Source of the DNA: Candidatus Bathyarchaeota archaeon
GTDB taxonomy: Archaea > Thermoproteota > Bathyarchaeia > Bathyarchaeales > Bathycorpusculaceae
Length of the DNA: 64,000 bases
Reading direction: 5' to 3'
NCBI GenBank assembly: GCA_963833575.1
Contig: CAWHXY010000007.1
Span: 384,001-448,000 of the forward strand
Shown here: in pieces, positions 18,336 to 29,217 of the stretch
Layout of the letters: every line of letters starts with the position of its first letter
Numbering within the stretch: the stretch's first letter is position 1
Program-made: the position numbers and the translations under genes
Notes under the pieces: generated by a model
Seen by the model: the letters and a program-made list of their open reading frames with translations, nothing else
What the model was told of the DNA's origin: nothing
Database searches by the model: none

Positions 18336-20051
18336 TTGGGATTTGTTGATTACGCTTGGGTGGTTTCTATTCAAAAGGACAACACCAAAGTAAAAATATT
18401 GCAAGATGAAGCCTTATCTCAACCACTCTTACTTTCAGATAGTGTCGGCTTCACGATTAAGCTTCCGACCGTTCACGTGTTGGATGACGGAGCTATTTCT
18501 TTTCTTGATCACAAGTTTACGGGAAACAGCATTGGAAAAGCTAGGATGGGCAGGTTGTTTAGGGCGTCAGTCACGCATTTGACAGTGCACACTTTGGCGC
18601 CATTTACTAAAGATAGAATTGTTCCCAACGAAAAGGATTCAATTGTTGAGGCTTATGCCAAGTCATTAATCAACGACACTTACAACAATGCCTACATTCA
18701 AGCATGGCACCCCGATAGATTCTTGGACATTGCTTATGCGAATGCGCTGGCTTACCAAAAGATAAAGGCGTCGGATAGAATCTTTACTTCTTCAACAAAA
18801 CTTATGGCTGCTTTATTGACACAGCTTAACGTTGGCTTAATAAAGAATTCTCCAGGCGAAGAAGAAGAAAAAACAGTGAATAAATTATTTAGCGATTTAA
18901 CTGCGCTTAAAGAAACCTTCTTAATGTCGATAGCTGGCGATGACGTCAAACTTAATGAGCTATTCGACGAAAAAGTAAAGTCTATCAAGAGTTTGCTTGA
19001 GCCGTTTGGCCCGTTTTTAGAAGCACCTTCATTTAGACACACCGAGAGCATGGGTCGCTGCAGCATTTACAGGGAAGTTGAAGAGCCAGAAGATGATTTT
19101 GAAGGCTCTTTTGTGCAATCGCTCATTTGTTTAGGCGGCAATGTACCAAAAGTAGATAACATCGACCAATGCTGGAGACCAGAACAGGAAGCTGAGTCCT
19201 TACAAGCGTTTAATTCTGATCATTACCAAAAGCAAAGAGAAGAAAAAACAATTTCAAAAATAATGCCTTATGTCGGTTGGACCAGATTTAAGTCAGTTTC
19301 TTTTCCTGACGAAGATTATACCCAATATCTTCGGGCAAGAAGTTTGGTGCAAGGAGCAAGCCGGCGACTTCTTGATATTCTTAGATCAGCGTTTAATTAT
19401 CTTGATGAGGATCCAAGGCAAGAAATGGGTCAGCTTGATTTATCCGCTGTAATTCAATCCCTTGCAAGCAACAAACCTGCAACTGACGTGTTTGTGCTTG
19501 ATGAGTTTTTGAAGCCAAGTTTTGCCTGGTCCATAATTTTTGATGTGAGCAGCAGTATGCAGGTGAAAGGGGAATATGGTCGAGCGTTAGCTATAGCTGT
19601 ATCTGAAGCGGCAAAAGAATTAATGACTGACCCGACGTCATGGACATTCTTTGCTTTTAGCGACAAATTCTACATCTTAAAAGACAGCAATGAGTCGTAT
19701 TCAAAGCGAGTTAGAGCAAGAATTGGTGGGTTAAAATTTGAAGGACTCACCTACATCCCAGACGCAGTTACGATGGCTGGAAAAATGCTGGCTAAAAGGT
19801 TTGAAGAGCAGCGCTGTTTAATTGTTATTTCTGATGGGTGGCCATATGGCTACCCCAACATGCCTATTGCCTTGAAGGAATGCGTTGATGATTTGATAAA
19901 GAAAAGTGTTATAGTCATCGGGATTGGAGTTGAAACAGACAGAATGGGCAATTTCTTCCATTTACATAGCTCAATTTACACGCAGAAAGACCTCATCAAC
20001 AAGTTTGGATCAGTTTACGCTAACGCTTCAGCAAAAGCGCTTGAAACTTAG
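18336..20051 (+). CDS. VWA-domain partner of the AAA+ ATPase (CbbO/NorD-like)
   Basis: GQLDLSAVIQ, MIDAS DVSSSM, GLT, VISDGWP, VIGIG. Confidence 0.88.
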   Translation: MGFVDYAWVVSIQKDNTKVKILQDEALSQPLLLSDSVGFTIKLPTVHVLDDGAISFLDHKFTGNSIGKARMGRLFRASVTHLTVHTLAPFTKDRIVPNEKDSIVEAYAKSLINDTYNNAYIQAWHPDRFLDIAYANALAYQKIKASDRIFTSSTKLMAALLTQLNVGLIKNSPGEEEEKTVNKLFSDLTALKETFLMSIAGDDVKLNELFDEKVKSIKSLLEPFGPFLEAPSFRHTESMGRCSIYREVEEPEDDFEGSFVQSLICLGGNVPKVDNIDQCWRPEQEAESLQAFNSDHYQKQREEKTISKIMPYVGWTRFKSVSFPDEDYTQYLRARSLVQGASRRLLDILRSAFNYLDEDPRQEMGQLDLSAVIQSLASNKPATDVFVLDEFLKPSFAWSIIFDVSSSMQVKGEYGRALAIAVSEAAKELMTDPTSWTFFAFSDKFYILKDSNESYSKRVRARIGGLKFEGLTYIPDAVTMAGKMLAKRFEEQRCLIVISDGWPYGYPNMPIALKECVDDLIKKSVIVIGIGVETDRMGNFFHLHSSIYTQKDLINKFGSVYANASAKALET

Positions 20052-20393
20052 CTTGCCTTTTTTCTCTCTTTGCAGTTGATTTAGCTTAAAAATATCAGAT
20101 ATCTCTAGTTGGTTAATTTTTCTCCCTTTCGCTTCCTCCTCGAGCTTTGTCTCTCCAATAACCTACTCCGGGTCCTAAAGCAACCAAACAAGCCCAAATA
20201 GCCACAAATATTTGACAGCAAGTTGATGCTTTACCACTGAACTGTTGAGAATGAAGCAAAGAAAAGTAGAGAAGTCTGGCTCTTCTTAAATGTGGAGTCT
20301 GAATTCAGATTCTCAAGTCGTAATTATATTATATATAGACGGTCAGAATTGGGTGACAAGACCCCAAATATTGAGAACAAAAGTTGACCCCCT

Positions 20394-21278
20394 ATGGCAC
20401 TATTAATGGAAAAACAAGAAATAAAGAAAGTGTACAACAACCAAAACGATTCATGGAAACTAATGAAGAAAGATCAAACCTACAGCAAACAATTAACAAC
20501 CATTGAAGAAACACTTTCCCGTTTTGGACTCCTCAAAAACGAGATTAAAGTATACCTGCATCTAGCAAGAGCGGGCGAAAAGAAAGCTGGAGAAATAGCG
20601 GAAGCAATTTCACTTCATCGAACTGAAACCTATCGAATCTTACGAGATCTTGAGAAAAAAGGAATAGTTTTTTCTATTTTTGAGAAACCGCTAAAGTTCA
20701 CCGCTGTTCCATTGGATAAAGCCATAGATTTGCTTGTCGATGCACAAAAAATACAAATCAGGCTACTGGAACAGGAAAAAACAAATCTAGTTGAACTTTG
20801 GCAATCTATGCCTCAACCCAAATTAACAGACACAAAAAAAGAAATGTTTCAAATGCTTGAGGGTGAACAACAGGTACTCATGAAAGCTAATGAATTACTT
20901 GAAAGAACAGAAAAAGAGTTTCAAGTCTTTGCGTCTGCAGATTACCTATCCCAGCTGTACTACAGCGATTTCTCAGACAAACTCAAAGCACAAGCTAATA
21001 AAGTCAAAGTTTCATTGGTTACTGATGATTCGCTTAAAAGTGCATACTTCACTGGGCAACTGCAATGGCTGAGTGGACAGCACAAAATTATTGACGACCG
21101 AAACTTACCGTGCTTCATGATCTCTGACAACAAAGAGGTACTAATAGCATTTCACGAAAAAGATGCAGAAAACGACGAAGATGCAAAAAAGAAGTTCAAG
21201 ACAGCCGCGCTATGGACAAACTACAGTGCCTTCACTAAAGTTCTGGGAATGTTATTTTCCAAAATGGCTGGAACTTGA
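20394..21278 (+). CDS. TrmB-family transcriptional regulator
   Basis: FGLLKNEIKVYLHL..AGEIAEAISLHRTETYRILRDLEKKG..KPLKF. Confidence 0.9.
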   Translation: MALLMEKQEIKKVYNNQNDSWKLMKKDQTYSKQLTTIEETLSRFGLLKNEIKVYLHLARAGEKKAGEIAEAISLHRTETYRILRDLEKKGIVFSIFEKPLKFTAVPLDKAIDLLVDAQKIQIRLLEQEKTNLVELWQSMPQPKLTDTKKEMFQMLEGEQQVLMKANELLERTEKEFQVFASADYLSQLYYSDFSDKLKAQANKVKVSLVTDDSLKSAYFTGQLQWLSGQHKIIDDRNLPCFMISDNKEVLIAFHEKDAENDEDAKKKFKTAALWTNYSAFTKVLGMLFSKMAGT

Positions 21279-21348
21279 TCGGCTAATTAGCCGACTTCTG
21301 GTTTTTTATTTATTCTTTTGTTAGGTTCAGTTACCCTGATTTTGCCGA

Positions 21349-21661
21349 TTATTTACTATTTCCTTTATGGCGTAGCTTAGATACCACAAAGAAAGCTAAA
21401 AGCAAAATAACCAGCACGACAACAGAATAAACGATAAATTGTAAACTTGAAAAGCCGGAGCTGGTTTGGGAAGAATCGATTTTAACAATATAGAAGTCGT
21501 ATTGCGCCTTGCCAATTAAGTTAGGTTGCCATGACATACTGGTTTTTGCCAGTTTCTATAACGCTGTAAGCTTCCTGGTAACCTGCATCCCCTTGAGTGA
21601 CACTCCAGAGAACTTGTCCTGAATCGATGATTTTGAAAAGCGCGATGCTTAGGTGATTCAT
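21349..21661 (-). pseudogene. frameshifted remnant of a membrane-anchored beta-propeller repeat protein
   Basis: One frame reads LFKIIDSGQVLWSVTQGDAGYQEAYSVIETGKNQYVMAT*, another continues GKAQYDFYIVKID then a TM; together one W..T.G..AYSV..T..Y...D.Y.VK.D repeat. Confidence 0.6.
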
Positions 21662-21666
21662 TCTGA

Positions 21667-23304
21667 TTATCTTCCAATCAGGTAGTTGTCAGTCGTGAAT
21701 GTAACCGCTGGTTTGTCTGTTTGTTCAGCTATGTAACTTGTAGAAGTGGCAATACCATCAACGTAATTGTTTAAAGCTATTGTGGCTGGAGACGGAGAAT
21801 AGGAGCCCACTTCCAGTATGTGAGAACCCCCGTCAGCGTTGTTGGTTAAGCCAGTTACGTCGGTAACTTGCGTATTGTTAACCCACATGGCCACTTCGCC
21901 GTCGCCAGCGCCAATCTTGCACATGATTTCCAAATGATACCAAATACCAACAGAAATGCTTGAACTTAAAGAGCTGTCAACGTAACTGTAAGCTTGAGTG
22001 TTACTATTCCAGTATTTGAGACACCAAAGATATTGCCCAGCATTATTATGAATATAAGAAGAAGACAAATTGTACCTGTTAATGCTGTCCAACGTTATTC
22101 CGGCCATCAAATAGTTGCCAGAAGAAGGCAGAGCATCTAAACAAACATAACCGGACAAATACAATGTAGAATAACTTGATCCTAAATCCTTTACTATAAT
22201 GGCGGATGCTCCAGCTCTGGCTGGCAAAGTGAATTTAGCAACGTTGTCTCCGCCATAGGGAGATGTCGTTTGAACACTTTCTGCTCCACCCCGGCTGTTT
22301 GAAACTCCTGACCATAAACTGAAATCTTTGCTGTCAAAGCTGTCGTTAAAGAGGGCAGGAGTAGGAGTGGGGGAGGGCGCAGGGCTAGGCGAGGGACTTG
22401 GGCTAGGAGAAGGGGTAGGACTTGAAGTTGGAATAGGTGATGGAGAGGGACTATGTGAAGGAGTAGGGGTAGGTGATTCTGTTGGAGTTGGAGTAGGAGA
22501 TAGGCTAGGAGAAGGAGTAGCAGTGGGTGCAGGTGATTGGACCGGATTGGGAGAGCATGTTGCGTTTGTTCCAACTGTTATGCCGCGTTGATCCTGACAA
22601 TACATGGAAACAAGAAGGGGTCCGCTTTGCTGGCTTGTTTCGGCTTGAAAGGATACAGTATAGGTTCCATTGCCCAAATTATTGATACTTGGCGCCTCAA
22701 CTTTTAGCCAATAAGCTACATTCTGGAAATAAAATGTGAAGTTTTGTGCTAGTGCTGGTTTGTCTTCATTGAGTACATTAATTGTTAAGTTTGCTTGCTT
22801 AGAAGTGTCGTTCAACTGCAAATATTGTCCGGATAAATTAACTTCTGAAGTTATGTTACCATTATACTGCGAAGTTGAAGTGGTTGATAAACCTGAAGAA
22901 CTAAAATCAAAGCTGACATAAATGCTTGAGATTCCTTGACCATTGGTTCCTTGGGAAATCCATACACCATTTTGGTAAGGTGAAGTATTTAGTAGTGTGT
23001 AATCCATTTGAACCAGAGCTTGGTAAGAGTGAGAAGTGATTGCTGAATTCAACTCGTTGAGGTCAGCGGCTAAAACTCCTTCGTTGCCGCCACCGCTAAT
23101 ATTTGCCAAAGCGCTAATCAGTGTGCTTTTTATGTTTTGTTCATAAGCTGAAAAAACTGTTTCACCACCATTTTCAGATATCGGTACGCCTTTTCCAGTT
23201 TCAATGACATACATGGCGGTGGAGAGCAGAAGCAAGGCTACGAGTAATGCTGTGATTATAATCACTTGACCGGAGTTGTCTTTTCGCAGGTTGCGTTTTT
23301 TCAT
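21667..23304 (-). CDS. minor pilin/adhesin: class III signal peptide, Pro/Thr/Ser linker, C-terminal beta-sandwich (ConA/LamG-like) domain
   Basis: [12 protein letters not shown]|QVIIITALL; TPSP repeats; FNDSFDS..FSLW and [14 protein letters not shown]. Confidence 0.8.
   Translation of the reverse strand: MKKRNLRKDNSGQVIIITALLVALLLLSTAMYVIETGKGVPISENGGETVFSAYEQNIKSTLISALANISGGGNEGVLAADLNELNSAITSHSYQALVQMDYTLLNTSPYQNGVWISQGTNGQGISSIYVSFDFSSSGLSTTSTSQYNGNITSEVNLSGQYLQLNDTSKQANLTINVLNEDKPALAQNFTFYFQNVAYWLKVEAPSINNLGNGTYTVSFQAETSQQSGPLLVSMYCQDQRGITVGTNATCSPNPVQSPAPTATPSPSLSPTPTPTESPTPTPSHSPSPSPIPTSSPTPSPSPSPSPSPAPSPTPTPALFNDSFDSKDFSLWSGVSNSRGGAESVQTTSPYGGDNVAKFTLPARAGASAIIVKDLGSSYSTLYLSGYVCLDALPSSGNYLMAGITLDSINRYNLSSSYIHNNAGQYLWCLKYWNSNTQAYSYVDSSLSSSISVGIWYHLEIMCKIGAGDGEVAMWVNNTQVTDVTGLTNNADGGSHILEVGSYSPSPATIALNNYVDGIATSTSYIAEQTDKPAVTFTTDNYLIGR
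22358..22535 (-). repeat. low-complexity Pro/Thr/Ser linker repeat
   Basis: [32 protein letters not shown]...; boundaries approximate. Confidence 0.8.
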
Positions 23305-23729
23305 GTTGATCCGATCTCCGATAATTGCAGGCGCAACACGTAGAATGTGTAGCTGCTGTTTTGGCTTACACAAATGTAATCTACTGAAGTCACTTTGTCA
23401 TTTACGGCACCTGCATTTGATATTGGAAATGGGGTTAGAGTGTTCATTTCTTGATCGAACACTGTCAAGTTAAACCATGTAGTAAGCGGAAGAGCGGATT
23501 CAACACATTCTTTAAGCGTTGTCCAATCTCGGTTATCAACTATGGCTGCTAAGTGCCCATTGCTGTCTAAGCTTAACAGAATATTATTTGCGGTTGAAAC
23601 AAGATTTCCTGGTGGATTTTCCAGGTTCGACGGGGCTGGAACAAGCGCTAGGCAGGACATAAGAAGGATTGACGCGAAAAAAGCTTCAATTAATCGCACT
23701 ACTCCCTTTTTATCTCTTACCAACTTCAC
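23301..23729 (-). CDS. minor pilin-like protein
   Basis: RDKKG|[14 protein letters not shown] class III signal. Confidence 0.8.
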   Translation of the reverse strand: MKLVRDKKGVVRLIEAFFASILLMSCLALVPAPSNLENPPGNLVSTANNILLSLDSNGHLAAIVDNRDWTTLKECVESALPLTTWFNLTVFDQEMNTLTPFPISNAGAVNDKVTSVDYICVSQNSSYTFYVLRLQLSEIGST

Positions 23730-24787
23730 GGAGGCACATCTCCGAGACTTATATCTAGCTTACAGAGAACACCATTGACTGTTACAATGTAGCTGAAGAT
23801 GTTTTGTTCTGATCCAGCAAAGTTAGAGCCAGCCGTTAAAGGTATTTGGGGATAAGCCGTCCATTCTTGAAAATATGAGTCGTTTTCCAATCCGTAGATT
23901 ATTATGACAAAAGGACTGTTGTCAATTAAGTTTGGAAGCTGAATTTGCGAAGAATTTTGTACGTTTTGAATGTTTATAATGCTTTGGTCTTCGTAATTGT
24001 AAGAAAAGATGTAGCAGCCTTGGACCGTTAAATCAGACGAGTTCGTTGATAAGTTGAGCACGTAATTTAGTGGACTCAAATCTAAAAGGTCGTTATTCGG
24101 GGTTGATTCTTGCGATGAATTTGATATATTATAAATAGCATAGGAAGTTATTCTGTTGTCAAAAGACGATCTTGCGAAAACTATGAGGTTTGAGTTCGCA
24201 GATGATCCAATTGGAATTTGGGTATTGATGAAGCCAAGTCCAACGTCTGAAGTGGTGGCATTGTTTTGAAAGCATAGATAGTTATTTGCAACTATGTAGC
24301 ATTGCAGAGTAGCCGATACGGGTTTGCAAGCGATGCTTGTTAATACTGTGAAGCCCAGATTTTCATTGTTGCCTATTGTGCTGTTGCCTGATTGCTGAAT
24401 GTTGATTGATATTATTTGAGAAACTGTTATTCCCAAAGCTATGTTGTTCAATTTAGCTGCGTTTTCCATGTCAAAGTAAGATATGGAGTATTTGTTTAGG
24501 TTGTTTAATCGAGTGAGTTTATCCATGTCTAATTCGTATGGGGTAGTAGAAGAGCTGGCCGCTAACCCAAAGTCGGAAGGAATAGTGTTACTGGTTCCCC
24601 AGTTGGTTGGGAATCCTAGGTTGGTTATTATGTGGTTGGCGATGGCCTGCAGGTAGCTTTCTTTGTTGATATCTTGTGTTGTGTTTATGCTTGTTTGCAA
24701 AGTTGAGGATGTATAGGCAGTTGCTATCAAAGCTATTGCTACAATTATTGTGCATGCAAAGAAAGTGTCAATGGAGGTGGATGGCAA
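23726..24787 (-). CDS. pilus-associated protein with N-terminal hydrophobic helix
   Basis: SIDTFFACTIIVAIAL; GFPTNWG..FGLA motif typical of archaeal pilus accessory proteins. Confidence 0.75.
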   Translation of the reverse strand: MPSTSIDTFFACTIIVAIALIATAYTSSTLQTSINTTQDINKESYLQAIANHIITNLGFPTNWGTSNTIPSDFGLAASSSTTPYELDMDKLTRLNNLNKYSISYFDMENAAKLNNIALGITVSQIISINIQQSGNSTIGNNENLGFTVLTSIACKPVSATLQCYIVANNYLCFQNNATTSDVGLGFINTQIPIGSSANSNLIVFARSSFDNRITSYAIYNISNSSQESTPNNDLLDLSPLNYVLNLSTNSSDLTVQGCYIFSYNYEDQSIINIQNVQNSSQIQLPNLIDNSPFVIIIYGLENDSYFQEWTAYPQIPLTAGSNFAGSEQNIFSYIVTVNGVLCKLDISLGDVPP

Positions 24788-24801
24788 ATTTTGGTTTCTC
24801 C

Positions 24802-26319
24802 TTAGCTGAGAGGGGTTAATTTTCCAAAAAGACCCGCGAGTATAATTTGTGATAGAATCAAAGATACATATGCGACTGTTGCCAATATTGCTCCGTGCTT
24901 GAATCCTGCTCCAAAATTTCCTTCGCTAATTTTTCCAATAAAGAACCCAGAAATCCAGCATTGAATGATTATTCCGACTGAGAACATGCCAAACTGGCCT
25001 TGCGAGGATACTGAAGCAGCTGACCCGAGACTAGTGTTGTTGATGGTTGTCATCATGCTTGTGGTTAAGTTAGTAGTTAAAGCTACTATGGTTGTAGTGA
25101 CCGCAATTAATGCACTCCACATGATGGCAAGAAATATGTAGGGCTTCAAAAGTTCGCGTCTGTTGACCTGTAATTCTCGTTCTTTTTCGCTATATTCTGA
25201 AAGTATCTCCAGCGACTGGGTTGAATTGCCGCCGATTTCAATAGTTTCCACCATCATGGCAAAGTTGACTACGACAAACCAACTTCGAATTTCCTTTTGT
25301 AAATTATTGAAGGTTTTTCTTAGAGGAATGCCCCATTCAATTTGGCTACGCATTAAATTCAGAAATTTGGAGAATGATCCGTAATCTTTTCGTTTTGTTG
25401 CTTGAATTATGCTTTTTTCTGGTGAAAGTCCGGTTTTCTGTGATTCTGTTATGTCTCTTATGAAGCTGGGAAGTGATTCTTCAGCGTTGTAGTTGATTTT
25501 TGAAATGTGCCAGTATTGGATGGCAATCGGCAGTGACGCAGCAACTAAACCTATGGTGGTGATTGCAGGCAACCCTATTGAGCTTATTGCGTTTGATAAC
25601 GAAGGAACTACAGCAAAAAGTGCAATTACGACAAATACAGGTGGAATTAAGAATAGAGCTCTTTTGTAGAGATCTTTCAGGTCAGGAAAAGCGCTTCTTT
25701 GCATATTATGTGCCATCATTATGAAAACGCAGGACATCACAGGCATAATAACAAACGCTACTAAGTATGACAGCAAAGGCGAAGTTGGAGCAGAAGAGTT
25801 TACAAGCAGCGACATCACATTTGATGATGATAAAACTACAAAAAGTATGTACGAGCATAGCACAACGATTAGCATAACTGAGTAGGCTTCAACCAAGCTG
25901 GCGATTCGATCAATTGAACGGTTCAGATTAATGTATCTAAGTTCAAAGATTGCTTTCAACTGACTTTTCATGTAATCAACCATTTTTCCGCCGCTTCTAA
26001 CTGAAGAAACAAAGCCTCCCAAAAAATTTCTATAAAGCTTGGATGTTGTGGTTTCCGCGCGCGTTTGCATGACAGTTAAAGGGTCTTTGCCTAAAACCTC
26101 CACTTGGCGGATTACTTCGTCTGCTTCCTTCTTAAATGCGGGAAGAAAGTGAAGCTTCCGCATTCTTTTCCAGCTGTCATAGGGGGATATTCCGCTTGCA
26201 GCCATAAGTGTGAAAATCATTACAGCGAACGGTAGTTCCTGATCAGTCTTTTCTTTCTCTTCACTAGCAGCTTTAGATACTAATCCGAAAATCTTGCCGA
26301 CGAATCCGCCAGGAGCCAT
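24802..26319 (-). CDS. type IV pilus membrane platform protein (T2SS F / FlaJ / TadC family)
   Basis: ELPFAV..MAASG..LGKDPL; second repeat LPSFIRDITESQKTG; multiple TMs. Confidence 0.92.
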   Translation of the reverse strand: MAPGGFVGKIFGLVSKAASEEKEKTDQELPFAVMIFTLMAASGISPYDSWKRMRKLHFLPAFKKEADEVIRQVEVLGKDPLTVMQTRAETTTSKLYRNFLGGFVSSVRSGGKMVDYMKSQLKAIFELRYINLNRSIDRIASLVEAYSVMLIVVLCSYILFVVLSSSNVMSLLVNSSAPTSPLLSYLVAFVIMPVMSCVFIMMAHNMQRSAFPDLKDLYKRALFLIPPVFVVIALFAVVPSLSNAISSIGLPAITTIGLVAASLPIAIQYWHISKINYNAEESLPSFIRDITESQKTGLSPEKSIIQATKRKDYGSFSKFLNLMRSQIEWGIPLRKTFNNLQKEIRSWFVVVNFAMMVETIEIGGNSTQSLEILSEYSEKERELQVNRRELLKPYIFLAIMWSALIAVTTTIVALTTNLTTSMMTTINNTSLGSAASVSSQGQFGMFSVGIIIQCWISGFFIGKISEGNFGAGFKHGAILATVAYVSLILSQIILAGLFGKLTPLS

Positions 26320-26323
26320 CTTG

Positions 26324-27901
26324 CTATTTCTCCTCGGAATTTTCTTGCACGGGCAAATCCGAAATTCCAAGAGAGGAGTTTAGCGCTTTGTGTACGCTTC
26401 TAAAGTCCCGCAAGTTCTTCGCAATAATACCTAGTAGAATTTGTTTTCTTCGTTCAAACTCTTGTTGGACGACGCTTAGGGGGGCATCAAGATTTCTGGC
26501 TATTTTGTTGAGCAGGTAACTCTCGCTAAGGTTTTGCTTGAAAGTGTCTGTTGTCGGGTTCCATGAGAAAACTTCATGAGGAAGACCGCTGTTATCGATT
26601 TCGGCAACTTCAACGAATTTTCGACCCGCCGTTTTTCGGCCTTGACTCCCGAGGAAAGTTGTTTGTACTTGTTTCACTATTATTACGCAGTTCATTAAGG
26701 ACAAAATGTTTTGAGGAATATTCATCGGTGGTTGTGTTAATCTCATAATGACTGTATTAACATCGTCAGCGTGCATAGTGCAAAGCCCACCGTGACCTGT
26801 AGCCAACGCTTGAAAGAGAACATATGCTTCTTCGCCCCTAATTTCGCCCACAAGAATTAGAGCTGGTCTGTGTCTGACGGCTGATTTTATCAAATCGTAT
26901 AACGTGACTTCGCCTTCGCTGTCTCCTCCAAAGCCTGTTCGTGCAATGGTTGATACCCAGTTTTCCTGCGGCAAATTAATTTCTTGAACTTCTTCAACAG
27001 AAATCATCTTATAGTCAGGTCGCACTAGACACGCGATAGCATTTAGAGCAGTTGTTTTTCCAGCGCCTGTTGGTCCCACAATCATGACTGACATTTTGTT
27101 TTCCATCAGCATCCAAAGGTAGGCTGCGATTGATTCGTCGATTGTTTCGTTTAATATCAGGTCGACGATGGTTAACGGATCTTCCTTGAATTTTCTTATG
27201 GTAAAGCTTGTCCCGGCTGGGGTAGTTTCTTTCCCAAAGGAAACTGCAAGGCGGTGTTTTCCTGGAAGAGTGAGGTCAACTATTGGATGTGCTATGCTTA
27301 CGTGTTTGCCTTGTCTGTGGACTATACGCGTTGTGAAATCGTCTAAATCCTCTTCATCAGTGAAAACAATGTTGGTTCGTGCATTAGCGTATTTTCGATG
27401 ATAAATATAGACCGGTTTGTTTATTCCTAAACAGCTAATGTCTTCTATCATCGGATCATTGATTAGACCTTCAATTTTTCCGTATCCGATTAAGTCTTTT
27501 TGAATATAATATAAGATTTTCTTAAGACCAACTTGGCTAGAGCCTTCAAGTGCTTCTTTGTGTTCCTCCATGATCCCTGGAAGTTGTCTATGGAATGAAT
27601 CTGCGAGGGTTTCGTCTATTCTAGGAGCTTTCAGCTCGTATTCGAGGATGTTTTTCAAACGTTTGTAGGATTCTCGGTCTTCTCTGGTCATGCCTAGTTC
27701 GTCAACGACGTAGAAGTAGCTGCCTTCAGAGTCTTCTTGGAAAATTCGAGCGTAAGAAAACGGTGGAGTGAGGGGGTAACCATCGATTTCTGTGTAACCT
27801 TCAGGCACTTGATAGCCATGGATACCTAAGCAAGCTATCAATTCGTCGTCTGAAGTTTTTTCTTTTTCTTTGTATTCTTGTTTCTTCTTGCCTAAGTTCA
27901 A
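26324..27901 (-). CDS. type IV pilus assembly ATPase (FlaI/VirB11 family)
   Basis: DPMIEDISC, SFTIRKF, GPTGAGKTT, RHRPALILVGEIRGEEA, ATGHGGLCTMHA; start chosen at TTG 27901. Confidence 0.95.
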   Translation of the reverse strand: MNLGKKKQEYKEKEKTSDDELIACLGIHGYQVPEGYTEIDGYPLTPPFSYARIFQEDSEGSYFYVVDELGMTREDRESYKRLKNILEYELKAPRIDETLADSFHRQLPGIMEEHKEALEGSSQVGLKKILYYIQKDLIGYGKIEGLINDPMIEDISCLGINKPVYIYHRKYANARTNIVFTDEEDLDDFTTRIVHRQGKHVSIAHPIVDLTLPGKHRLAVSFGKETTPAGTSFTIRKFKEDPLTIVDLILNETIDESIAAYLWMLMENKMSVMIVGPTGAGKTTALNAIACLVRPDYKMISVEEVQEINLPQENWVSTIARTGFGGDSEGEVTLYDLIKSAVRHRPALILVGEIRGEEAYVLFQALATGHGGLCTMHADDVNTVIMRLTQPPMNIPQNILSLMNCVIIVKQVQTTFLGSQGRKTAGRKFVEVAEIDNSGLPHEVFSWNPTTDTFKQNLSESYLLNKIARNLDAPLSVVQQEFERRKQILLGIIAKNLRDFRSVHKALNSSLGISDLPVQENSEEK

Positions 27902-27906
27902 TTCAA

Positions 27907-28350
27907 TCACTCTCTGGTTAATGTTAGTGTTACAGTTTGGTTTTGGTAGGAACATTGTATGATAGCTCTGCCCCAACCGCTAACAAAAGTTCCGGACGCG
28001 GCTGTGTCCGCTGGAATGTATATTTGTGGTTGGTTTTGGATGGGGACTGTTCCAAACCCAGATTCAACCCATGCATTGGACGAGTCATTAGTTATGGAAA
28101 TCCAATACTCCTGATTTCCGATTTCGGTAGGCAAATTGAGGATTTGAGTGGAGTTTTGGCCGTTTTCAGTTACATGATTTATAAGAATTAGGCTCTGCGT
28201 GGCCACATACTCATCAACATTGGCTAACTGTTGGTTTATAGCATCAGTCTTTATGTTCGCCATTGACAATACACAGCTGGAAACTATGATTGTGCCAACG
28301 ATTAAGGCTGCAACAATTGAATACACGTAACTTGGAATTATCGTTACCAT
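27907..28350 (-). CDS. minor pilin-like protein
   Basis: N-terminal hydrophobic helix; LNLPTEIGNQEYWISI motif. Confidence 0.75.
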   Translation of the reverse strand: MVTIIPSYVYSIVAALIVGTIIVSSCVLSMANIKTDAINQQLANVDEYVATQSLILINHVTENGQNSTQILNLPTEIGNQEYWISITNDSSNAWVESGFGTVPIQNQPQIYIPADTAASGTFVSGWGRAIIQCSYQNQTVTLTLTRE

Positions 28351-28353
28351 TGC

Positions 28354-29217
28354 TTACCTAATCCACCTCTGGATTGATACGTTGGAAATAACGGTTTCAA
28401 CGTTGATTATCGAGCCTTGAGCAGTGCTTGAAAGTGGAATGGAAACATTTCCTTTAGCACCGTTCAGTTGTGCATTCACAATCAAGTTGCCAGGTTGATA
28501 GGAAACTTGGTAGGTTTGAGTTGTTAATTGGGTACTTATGCATGAGATCTGCAGTGGAAGATCTCCTTGCAACGCTATTGGTTCTGAAGAGTTCAAGTTG
28601 ACGATGTAAATGCGAACATCATTGACGTCTTGACCATTTTGTATTCCTGCATAAGCATACGTAACTGTTGGTCGGTATTGTAATTGGATCTCAGGTCCTT
28701 GGGAACCGCTTGTTATGTAAAGCTGACTTAGTGACGAGCCACTCTGATTCGTTATTGCCTGGCTGTCTCCTTCCAAATAAAATCCCATGTCGATAGAGCT
28801 GGAAGTTGGAAGTTCATAAGTAATTTGGCCTACTGGAGAGTCAAAGATAGTTTGGTCAATAGTCAAGTTGTCGCTAACAGTCATGGTTAGAATGTTATTG
28901 GTTGGTTGAATGTTTGTGGTTCCACCTGAATCACTGAGATCAATTGTGCTTGAGGAACCAGGCTGCCCTATCGTTGAAAGAATAAGATTGTTTAGAGATT
29001 GATAGTTTTGCCGGGCTGTGGAAACTTTGAGCGCTTTGCTTTGGATTTGGAGGTTTTGAACTGAAAAGTAATAGGTAACTGTTATGAGGCTCAGAGTTGT
29101 CACGAGCAGAATGAGGAATGTAACCGGCAGCGCCAAAGCACGTTCAGACCGAATAAGCCTTCTGAATGGTTGACTACGCAAGGTAAACTGCAAATACATC
29201 CTCTCATACATGTGCAT
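28354..29217 (-). CDS. minor pilin-like protein
   Basis: RSERA|LALPVTFLILLV class III-like signal; start uncertain. Confidence 0.78.
   Translation of the reverse strand: MHMYERMYLQFTLRSQPFRRLIRSERALALPVTFLILLVTTLSLITVTYYFSVQNLQIQSKALKVSTARQNYQSLNNLILSTIGQPGSSSTIDLSDSGGTTNIQPTNNILTMTVSDNLTIDQTIFDSPVGQITYELPTSSSIDMGFYLEGDSQAITNQSGSSLSQLYITSGSQGPEIQLQYRPTVTYAYAGIQNGQDVNDVRIYIVNLNSSEPIALQGDLPLQISCISTQLTTQTYQVSYQPGNLIVNAQLNGAKGNVSIPLSSTAQGSIINVETVISNVSIQRWIR

Noticed and set aside
20114-20260. ~48-codon minus-strand ORF between the VWA gene and trmB
   Set aside because: No SD sequence or motif; cannot be supported
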